Below are positions 1-6,573 of a DNA stretch of 28,993 nucleotides, in pieces. The DNA comes from Armatimonadota bacterium (GTDB lineage: Bacteria > Armatimonadota > UBA10988): contig JACRKZ010000004.1 in NCBI GenBank assembly GCA_016235455.1, positions 1 to 28,993 of the forward strand, written 5' to 3'. The notes beneath the pieces are model-generated. The model was not told the DNA's origin, made no database searches, and saw only the letters and a program-made list of their open reading frames with translations. Position 1 is the first letter of the stretch, and the number at the start of each line of letters is the position of its first letter. Made by a program: the position numbers and the translations under genes.

Positions 1-1
1 C

Positions 2-1057
2 GATGGGCAGCAGCTCTACCTGCGGCTTGAGGAGCCCGCCGCGCCGGCCGTCGGCGACCGCTGGGAGGTGCTGCTGAGCGCCTCGCGCCCAGGCCCGCTG
101 CGCACGCTGACGCTCACGCCCGACGGCAAGTGCGCTGCCCGGGAGGGCGACCAGCCGTGGGACAGCGGCGCGGTGGTCAAGAACGCGACCGCTGGCGGCC
201 GTTGGCAGGTCGATGTGGCGCTGCCGCTGGCGCGGCTGGTGGCCACCGGCGGACCGGCGCGGGTCTACCTGAACGTCGCGCGGCGCACGGCCCGGCCGGG
301 CGACGAGCCCGTGTGGAGCCCGACCTTCGGCGACTTCGCCGCGCCCGAGGCGCTGCGCGAACTGGTGCTGGACGGCCCGAGCACCTGGCCGGCCAGGCTG
401 CCTTCGGCGGCCGAACTCACGACGCTGGCGACCCAGGAGCTCGTGGCGCGCTGGCCGTTGGCCGAAGGGCAAGGGTCGAGTGTGGCCGGCGGCGGCTGGT
501 CGGGTCAGCTGACCAACAAGCCGCGGTGGACCAAGGAGGGCGGCCGGCCCGCGGTCCGGCTCTCAGACTCCGCGCGACAGTTCATCGACTTCGGCAGCCC
601 GCCGGCGGCCGACCTGACGGGTGCGCTGACCATGCTCCTGTGGGTCCGTTACGAGCCGACCGAGACCTGGTACCCGGCGCTGCTGGGCAAGGGCTACGAG
701 GCCACCGGCACCTACGGCCTGCACATTCGGCCGGGCCGGACCCTGTGGTTCGAGATCGACGGGCCGGACGGGACACGCAACACCTACAACCCCACCGACG
801 CGTGCCTCTCGCCAGGCCAGTGGAACCAGGTGGCGGCCACCTACGACGGCGCGACCATGCGGGTGTACCTGAACGGCCGTGAGGTTGGGCCGGGCAAAGC
901 CGTGGCCACGGCCATCCGCACCAACACCGAGCCGCTGCGCTTCGGGTGGCTCGGCTCGTATGGCTTCTTCAACGGCGACGTGCGTGACATCCGGCTCTAC
1001 CGACGCGCCATGTCGGCCGCTGAGGTGGCCGGTCGGTACCTGGCCGAGCGGTGGTAG
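2..1057 (+). CDS. C-terminal part of a carbohydrate-binding protein: CBM9/DOMON-like domain plus LamG (concanavalin A-like) domain; 5' end lies outside the window
   Basis: Frame is open from position 2 (DGQQLYLRLEE...). LamG motifs 'GQWNQVAATYDGATMRVYLNG' and 'FFNGDVRDIRLYRRAMSAAEV'. TAG at 1055-1057. Confidence 0.8.
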   Translation, partial: DGQQLYLRLEEPAAPAVGDRWEVLLSASRPGPLRTLTLTPDGKCAAREGDQPWDSGAVVKNATAGGRWQVDVALPLARLVATGGPARVYLNVARRTARPGDEPVWSPTFGDFAAPEALRELVLDGPSTWPARLPSAAELTTLATQELVARWPLAEGQGSSVAGGGWSGQLTNKPRWTKEGGRPAVRLSDSARQFIDFGSPPAADLTGALTMLLWVRYEPTETWYPALLGKGYEATGTYGLHIRPGRTLWFEIDGPDGTRNTYNPTDACLSPGQWNQVAATYDGATMRVYLNGREVGPGKAVATAIRTNTEPLRFGWLGSYGFFNGDVRDIRLYRRAMSAAEVAGRYLAERW

Positions 1058-1084
1058 CATGGTAGGCGTCTACCATGCTACCAC
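1051..1084. repeat. Perfect 15-bp inverted repeat (REP-like or bidirectional terminator) between convergent genes
   Basis: GTGGTAGCATGGTAG-GCGT-CTACCATGCTACCAC; the left arm contains the LamG stop codon. Confidence 0.75.
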
Positions 1085-1095
1085 GGTAGGCGGTG

Positions 1096-1857
1096 CTACT
1101 TGGCGAGCACGTCGGCGATGGGCTCAGTGCCCTTGAAGGCGGGTTTGCGATCGCTCAGCGGCTTGAGCCGCATGTTGCGGTACCAGACCGGCGCGCCGTT
1201 GTAGTTCTGCAGGCCGAGGAAGCCTTCGCGCGGGAGCGCGCTGATGGCATAGGCGAACTTGTTGTGGCTGCCGTCGGGGTTGTTGTGGGCTTCGGTCCAC
1301 TTGGCCAGGTCGGCGACGATGATCTCTTTGCCGTTGAGCTGGACCTTCATGTCCGCACCGTTGACGGTGATCACGAAGTGGTTCCACTCGCCCACCGGGC
1401 TGCTGGCCTCAACGGCGGGTCGCACCAGGTCATAGAGCGCGCCGTTGGCGTTGCCGGCGTCCCACTTCACGCCGTAGTCGGCATCGTCGAGCACCTGGAT
1501 TTCGAGACCCGTGTTGACCGGGTCGTTCATATCGTGCACGCGCAGGTGGATGCCGCTGTTGCTCTTCTTGCCGCCGGCCACCTTCACGTCGAGTTCGAGC
1601 ACGTAGTCGCAGTAGCGCAGTTTGGTGTAGAGCGTTCCGCCGCCCTTGGCGGGGTAGAGCTCGCCCTGTTCGTTGATCTTCCAGACCTCTTCCTGGCCGG
1701 CCAGGCGCCAGGCATTCAGGTCCTTGCCGTCCATCAGGACTTCGTAGCCGTCTTTGTCCAGCCGCGGCTGGTAGGTGACCGGCTCACCGGCGGCCTGGGC
1801 CCAAGACATGGACGCCCAGAGCAGCAGGAACACGGCTGGCATCTTCGCGCGTTGCAT
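1096..1857 (-). CDS. DUF1080 (3-keto-disaccharide hydrolase-like) secreted protein
   Basis: Signal peptide; motifs 'LMDGKDLNAW', 'NSGIHLR', 'GLEIQVLDD', 'GALYD', 'GEWNHFVI', 'GFLGLQ', 'VWYRNMRLK'. GAGGAG lies 6 nt before ATG 1857 (alternative ATG 1863); the ORF-track extension to 2604 overlaps the upstream gene. Confidence 0.88.
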   Translation of the reverse strand: MQRAKMPAVFLLLWASMSWAQAAGEPVTYQPRLDKDGYEVLMDGKDLNAWRLAGQEEVWKINEQGELYPAKGGGTLYTKLRYCDYVLELDVKVAGGKKSNSGIHLRVHDMNDPVNTGLEIQVLDDADYGVKWDAGNANGALYDLVRPAVEASSPVGEWNHFVITVNGADMKVQLNGKEIIVADLAKWTEAHNNPDGSHNKFAYAISALPREGFLGLQNYNGAPVWYRNMRLKPLSDRKPAFKGTEPIADVLAK

Positions 1858-1937
1858 CGTCATCTCCTCGCCTGCCGAGCATGGCAGGCGGCGAGCAAGA
1901 TGGCAAGCAGATCCTCGCGCTCGCGGGCGGCCCCAGG

Positions 1938-3431
1938 TCAGGCACTGGCCAGCAGCACCGCCAGGCCGATGAGCATGGCGGCCAGCGCCAGCTTGCAGCC
2001 AGCCAGGTGGCGCCGGGCAAAGCCGGCCAGCGCGGCGCTGCCCACGCCGCCGATGGCCAGCCCGGTCACGGCCAGCAGCGGCAGCACGAAGCCCAGGTTG
2101 TAGGACAGCAGCAGCCGGCCGGCGCGCGCCTGCCAGCCCTCGGAACGCAGCAACATGAGCACGGGCACATAGACCTGGCTGGTGCAGGCCATCTCGATCA
2201 GCGTCACCGCGACGCCGGCTGCGGCGGTGGCCAGGCCCACCACCAGCCAGCCCCAGCGCGGGCTCGTCGACCAGCGCAGCAGGGCGTGAGCGTACTGCTT
2301 GAGGCGCGTGGGCAACTGCGCGGTCAGGTCGCGGGTCGGCGCGCCCGCGCGCAGGCGCAGCACGTCGCGCACCTGCAGTACGCCGAAGAACGCCGCCCAC
2401 AGTGCCACCACCAGCCGCAGCGCGCGCGCCGCCGCCAGTTGCTGGTCGACATGGGCCAGCGCCCGCAGCACACCCAGGCCCAGCAGCGTGTAGGTCACGA
2501 AGACGGCGGCCGCGTAGCCCAGCCCGGCCGCGGCCAGCGTGCGGCGGCGGTGGCCCAGCCTCGTGAGCAGCGCGATCAGGAAGACGATGGTGGCGAAGGC
2601 GCACGGATTGAGGCCGTCGACGGCGCCGAGGCCCATGGCCGCCAGCGGCCCGAGCCGGGCCAGTTGCTGGTGCACCTGCTGCGCCGAGACGGTGCCAGGT
2701 GGCGGCAGGGGCGGCGCCGGCGTCGGGTGCTCCAACTCGGCCAGGATCAGCCGGTAGAGGTCGTCGTTAACGGTCAGGTCGGCCAGCGCATGGCTGCCGA
2801 CAAAGGCGTAAGTGAGCGCCGGCTTGGTGACGCGGTAGGCGTCTTTGAGCTGCTGGAGCTGCACATAGGCGTTCATGTCGCCAAGGGTGCCGATGTCGAA
2901 CTTCGTCGCCGCGCCGAAGTAGCGGGCCAGCGGCTCGACGACCTCGCGCATCACCGCGGCACAGTGCTCGCAGCCGCTCTGGTAGTAGAACCGCACCAGC
3001 AATGGCCGGCCAGCGCGTGCGGGGTAGCGGCCCGTGCCGATCTCCCGCGGCAGCAGGCCCACGTCGGAGGCGTGGCCGACCACGGCGCTGACACGTAGTG
3101 TGGCCGCCGGCTGTCCGTCGACAGGGACCTCGATGCGGCCCTCGATCGGCCCGTACGCGGCGGACGCGTTCACCCACACGTTGACCTTGGCCGCCTCGCC
3201 AGGCCCGAGCTCCTTGGCGCCGGTGCGGGCATAGGCAGCGCCGTGATAGCGCAAGGCGCCGAGCTGGGCCGAGTGCGCGCCGCGGTTGACGAGCTTGACC
3301 TGGCCCGAGGCGCCGGTTGCGGGCAGCAGCGGTTTGTCGGGCGACCAGGTGGGCGGCTCGAAGACGACATCGGCCCACGCCGCTCCGGCCCACAGGCAAC
3401 CTGCCACGATCAGCGCACGCGCCATCCGCAA
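1938..3431 (-). CDS. Membrane thiol-redox protein: DUF1573-like Ig domain, thioredoxin/glutaredoxin-like CxxC domain, and CcdA/DsbD-like transmembrane domain
   Basis: Signal peptide; 'FYYQSGCEHC'; membrane domain with 'DGLNPCAF' and 'EMACTSQVY' cysteines and several hydrophobic helices. Start is TTG 3431 (GGAG 7 nt upstream) or ATG 3425. Confidence 0.75.
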   Translation of the reverse strand: MRMARALIVAGCLWAGAAWADVVFEPPTWSPDKPLLPATGASGQVKLVNRGAHSAQLGALRYHGAAYARTGAKELGPGEAAKVNVWVNASAAYGPIEGRIEVPVDGQPAATLRVSAVVGHASDVGLLPREIGTGRYPARAGRPLLVRFYYQSGCEHCAAVMREVVEPLARYFGAATKFDIGTLGDMNAYVQLQQLKDAYRVTKPALTYAFVGSHALADLTVNDDLYRLILAELEHPTPAPPLPPPGTVSAQQVHQQLARLGPLAAMGLGAVDGLNPCAFATIVFLIALLTRLGHRRRTLAAAGLGYAAAVFVTYTLLGLGVLRALAHVDQQLAAARALRLVVALWAAFFGVLQVRDVLRLRAGAPTRDLTAQLPTRLKQYAHALLRWSTSPRWGWLVVGLATAAAGVAVTLIEMACTSQVYVPVLMLLRSEGWQARAGRLLLSYNLGFVLPLLAVTGLAIGGVGSAALAGFARRHLAGCKLALAAMLIGLAVLLASA

Positions 3432-3461
3432 GGGTCATCTCCACCGCTATGTTAACGACAA

Positions 3462-3493
3462 ACGGAGAGGCGCGTGGTCCGCTCCTCTCCGCC
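3462..3493 (-). terminator. Terminator- or attenuator-like hairpin about 30 nt upstream of the 1938..3431 gene
   Basis: Minus strand CGGAGAGGAGCG-GACCA-CGCGCCTCTCCG (one mismatch) followed by TTTGTCGTT. Confidence 0.45.
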
Positions 3494-3642
3494 GCCATCC
3501 TGCGGGGACCACCTGTTTGTAGGGGGATGGCCCGCAACAAGAAGCCGAGGTTGGGGGTATCGGCGTGGCGCGCCACGAAGTGGCGGCTTCAGCCCGGCAT
3601 GCCCAGGAGCGGTCAGCCAGTGGCCGTCGCCGGCCAAGCTGA

Positions 3643-3669
3643 GGGGAGGCGCGGTGAGCGCGCCTCCCC
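3643..3669 (-). terminator. GC hairpin 3' of prepilin paralog 1
   Basis: GGGGAGGCGCG-GTGAG-CGCGCCTCCCC, 11-bp perfect stem, 18 nt after the stop; no clear U-tract. Confidence 0.55.
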
Positions 3670-3687
3670 AGGCTAGCCCAGCGTGTG

Positions 3688-4386
3688 CTACTTGCCGACG
3701 ACGGCGCGCAGCACTTCGAAGTTATTGACGGTCATGGCGTCGATGGACATGGCCTTGACGTGGCCGTCCAGGAACCACAGGTTGGCGGTATCAGTGTGCC
3801 GAGCCACGATCACGCGGTTGCCGCCGCCCAGGGCCTTCCACGAGCCGTAGGTGGTCGGAGTCACCGTCAGCACGTCGCCGCAGCACGTCTGGTAAGCCTC
3901 GGCGAAGATCATGGTGGTTGCCGGCTGCGGGAACTCGGCCAACGACATGGGCGGGTTGCAGTGGAAGACACCACCGATGCCGCTGCGCGGCGGGTCCATC
4001 GGGGCGATGACCGTGCCGCCCCAGCCGGTGTAGCCGCAGTTGTTCACGCCGTAGCTGCCCGAGGCGGCGTTGCCGGGCGTGAACCTGAGCGCGGGCTCGC
4101 TGGGGCAGGTGAACACCTGCACACTCTTGATGTACGGGCTGATGAAGTCCTGCCAGCCGCCGCCCGCAGCGTTGCGCTGGACCATGCTCTCGTCGTAATC
4201 CTGCATGTACTGCAGGATGGCCAGGCCGATCTGCTTGCAGTTGCTCTGGCAACTCGACGCACGCGCCTTTTCACGGGCTTTGGCAAACACCGGGAACAAG
4301 ATCGCCGCCAGAATGGCGATGATAGCGATGACAACCAGCAGTTCGATGAGCGTGAAGGCACGCTTCGTCGGTCGGTTCATCCTCAT
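3688..4386 (-). CDS. Prepilin-type N-terminal cleavage/methylation plus H-X9-DG domain protein (DUF1559-like), paralog 1
   Basis: 'KRA|[24 protein letters not shown]', 'YMQDYDE', 'FTCPS', '[16 protein letters not shown]'; GGAGG RBS before ATG 4386. Confidence 0.92.
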   Translation of the reverse strand: MRMNRPTKRAFTLIELLVVIAIIAILAAILFPVFAKAREKARASSCQSNCKQIGLAILQYMQDYDESMVQRNAAGGGWQDFISPYIKSVQVFTCPSEPALRFTPGNAASGSYGVNNCGYTGWGGTVIAPMDPPRSGIGGVFHCNPPMSLAEFPQPATTMIFAEAYQTCCGDVLTVTPTTYGSWKALGGGNRVIVARHTDTANLWFLDGHVKAMSIDAMTVNNFEVLRAVVGK

Positions 4387-4425
4387 GGGACCCTCCAAAG
4401 GGCACGTTTGTGCCCGTTAGGCGGC

Positions 4426-4454
4426 AGTATACGGCGGCGGACTGGGCACGGCAA
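4426..4454 (-). promoter_or_regulatory. Sigma70-type promoter of paralog 1
   Basis: TTGCCG-N17-TATACT on the minus strand. Confidence 0.75.
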
Positions 4455-4556
4455 CCGAAAGTCGGCATCATTTGTATCGCGCCGAACTATGTAGGCGATT
4501 TCCGCACACGTTCGCTGTTCGGCAAACGGCCTGGAACGGCGCAATGCGGTGGGCGC

Positions 4557-4593
4557 AAAAAAGGCGGGGAGGAGCGGACACCGCTCCTCCCCG
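4557..4593 (-). terminator. Rho-independent terminator of paralog 2
   Basis: Minus strand CGGGGAGGAGCGG-TGT-CCGCTCCTCCCCG (13-bp perfect stem) followed by CCTTTTTT. Confidence 0.85.
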
Positions 4594-4611
4594 TGATCGG
4601 CGTAACCAGGG

Positions 4612-5331
4612 CTACTTGCCGAGAACGCCGCGCAGCACTTCGAAGTTGTTGACGGTCATCGCGTCGGGCGACATGGCCTTCACGTGTCCGTCGAGGAACC
4701 AGAGGTTGGCCGTGCCGGTGTGGCGGGCCATGATGTAGCGGTCCCACACGCCCAGCGACGGTACGCCGCTGTAGGTGCCGACCGCGACGCCCAGCACATC
4801 GCCGCAGCAAGTCTGGTAGGCTTCGGCGAAGATCATCGTGGTCGCCGGCTGCGGGAACTCGGCGATGTGCATCGGCGGATTGGCGTGGAACAGGCCGCCA
4901 TAGCCCGCGCAACGCGGCGGGTCATCGCCGGTGATCCTGGCGCCGGCGCCGATGTAGCCACAGTTGTTGACGCCGTAGCTGCCCGTCGCGGCGCTGTTGG
5001 GGTTCGGTGTGTTCCACGGCACGAACTTAAGGTTGCTCGCGCTGGGGCAGGTGAACACCTGAATGCTCTTGAGGTAGGGCTGAATGCGGTCCTGCCAACC
5101 CGGATTGGGGTTGCCGCCGCGCTCGGGCAGAGTCTCGTCATAGTCCTGCATGTACTGGATGATGCCCAGACCGATCTGCTTGCAGTTGCTCTGGCAACTC
5201 GAGGCACGCGCTTTCTCACGGGCCTTGGCAAACACGGGGAACAGGATCGCCGCCAGAATGGCGATGATGGCGATAACAACCAGCAACTCGATGAGCGTGA
5301 AGCCGCCCTTGCGCGGTCGATTCATCCTCAT
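4612..5331 (-). CDS. Prepilin-type N-terminal cleavage/methylation plus H-X9-DG domain protein (DUF1559-like), paralog 2
   Basis: 'KGG|FTLIELL...', '[16 protein letters not shown]'; GGAGG RBS before ATG 5331. Confidence 0.92.
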   Translation of the reverse strand: MRMNRPRKGGFTLIELLVVIAIIAILAAILFPVFAKAREKARASSCQSNCKQIGLGIIQYMQDYDETLPERGGNPNPGWQDRIQPYLKSIQVFTCPSASNLKFVPWNTPNPNSAATGSYGVNNCGYIGAGARITGDDPPRCAGYGGLFHANPPMHIAEFPQPATTMIFAEAYQTCCGDVLGVAVGTYSGVPSLGVWDRYIMARHTGTANLWFLDGHVKAMSPDAMTVNNFEVLRGVLGK

Positions 5332-5372
5332 GCGTTCCTCCAATAGCGATGTCACGCGACAACGCCGACCCG

Positions 5373-5401
5373 AGTATAGGGCCCCCTCCGGCGCAGATCA
5401 A
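5373..5401 (-). promoter_or_regulatory. Sigma70-type promoter of paralog 2
   Basis: TTGATC-N17-TATACT on the minus strand. Confidence 0.75.
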
Positions 5402-5512
5402 CCGGCTTGTGGCCGGGTTTGCGTGTCAATGCAATATGTGCGCAATGATGGCGCCGCGCTCTGTTTCGGCTTTGCGCTCGCGGGCTGTCCTGGCGGCGCC
5501 GCCGCGGGCCGA

Positions 5513-5538
5513 GGGGAGTGCCGGCAGGACCACTCCCC
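5513..5538 (-). terminator. GC hairpin 3' of paralog 3
   Basis: GGGGAGTG-N10-CACTCCCC, 25 nt after the stop; no U-tract. Confidence 0.4.
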
Positions 5539-5563
5539 CTGACTGCAAGCTGGGTCGTAGGTC

Positions 5564-6271
5564 TCAGTGCACGCGGATCAGATCATAGTTGTTGAGCATC
5601 AGGGCATCCATCTTGACCATCTTGACGTGCCCGTCCATGAAGCCCATGTTGCCCATGTCCATGTGCCGACCGACGAAGCTGCGCCGACCGCCGCTCCAGC
5701 CGTTGCCGAAGGCGGGGTAGGTGCCGGACGCGGTGTAGGTGAACAGGCCGACACCAAGGGCATCGCCGCAGCAGCCAGCGGGGTCGCCCTCGCCAAAGAC
5801 GATGGTCATGGCCGGCGCGGGGAACTCCGCCTGCGACATCGGCGGCATGGCGTGCCACATGCCGCCCGGCTGCCCGCTCAAGCGCGCCGCGCCCAGCGGC
5901 GGCTCATTGATGCCGTAGCCGCAGTTGTTCACCGCGTAGCCACCCGAGGCCGGCGTGCCGTTGTACTTGAGCGCCGGCGCACTCGGGCAGTTGAAGATCT
6001 GGTCGCTCTTGAGATAGGGCTGGATCACCGCCTGCCAGCCGGGCACCGAGCCCCCACCGCGCTGCGGCAGTGCCTCGTCATAGTCCTGCGTGTACTGCAA
6101 CAGGCCCAGGCCGATCTGCTTCACGTTGCTCTGGCAGCTCGAGCCGCGCGCCTTCTCGCGCGCCTTGGCAAAGACGGGAAACAAAATCGCCGCCAAAATG
6201 GCAATGATGGCGATGACAACCAGAAGTTCAATGAGCGTGAAGCCGCTCTTGCTACGTCGCTGCATCCTCAC
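5564..6271 (-). CDS. Prepilin-type N-terminal cleavage/methylation plus H-X9-DG domain protein (DUF1559-like), paralog 3
   Basis: 'KSG|FTLIELL...', '[16 protein letters not shown]'; GGAGG RBS before GTG 6271, with the same xTG-AGG-ATG start as paralogs 1 and 2. Confidence 0.9.
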   Translation of the reverse strand: MRMQRRSKSGFTLIELLVVIAIIAILAAILFPVFAKAREKARGSSCQSNVKQIGLGLLQYTQDYDEALPQRGGGSVPGWQAVIQPYLKSDQIFNCPSAPALKYNGTPASGGYAVNNCGYGINEPPLGAARLSGQPGGMWHAMPPMSQAEFPAPAMTIVFGEGDPAGCCGDALGVGLFTYTASGTYPAFGNGWSGGRRSFVGRHMDMGNMGFMDGHVKMVKMDALMLNNYDLIRVH

Positions 6272-6319
6272 GGGGTACCTCCAGCGGGCGCCTAGAGTGT
6301 CCGGCGCGCGCCGCGCGAG

Positions 6320-6348
6320 AGTATACCGGCCCAGGGCTTCGCCATCAA
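6320..6348 (-). promoter_or_regulatory. Sigma70-type promoter of paralog 3
   Basis: TTGATG-N17-TATACT on the minus strand. Confidence 0.75.
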
Positions 6349-6573
6349 ACAGATCCTCGGCCAAATGCCGAGTCGAGCAACATGACCCCGCTATCAACAC
6401 ACGATTGCTATTGCTCTAGGCTGGCGCCAATGGCTCGTATCCAGTGCCATCGGCGGACCCCGTGCGCGGGTTGATGGTTTGACCTATTCGGTTCGGCAGT
6501 CAGCGGATTCGATTACATGTGGCGACGGCGGCCGCGGGCTGGAGCTACGATGGCGGCGGGGTAGGAGCGCGTC

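Noticed and set aside
1869-1890. 8-bp hairpin CGCCTGCC/GGCAGGCG abutting the DUF1080 RBS
   Set aside because: A short GC-rich stem like this is likely by chance, and there is no other support for regulation.
4515-4562. GGCAAAC...GGGCGCAAA resembles a c-di-GMP-I riboswitch
   Set aside because: It is antisense to the flanking genes, lacks the GNRA-capped stem and the second stem, and the A-run is the terminator U-tract of the opposite strand.
3462-4594. Invertible segment bounded by the 32-bp inverted copies
   Set aside because: Each copy is itself a palindrome, so orientation carries little information; one copy is a standard terminator and no invertase is nearby.
5424-5429. Perfect TTGACA on the minus strand upstream of paralog 2
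   Set aside because: No -10 element at 16-18 nt; the 5373-5401 promoter fits better.
3688-6271. Diversity-generating retroelement or shufflon explaining paralog variation
   Set aside because: No reverse transcriptase or recombinase in the window, no near-identical template/variable pair, and the differences include indels and are not adenine-specific.
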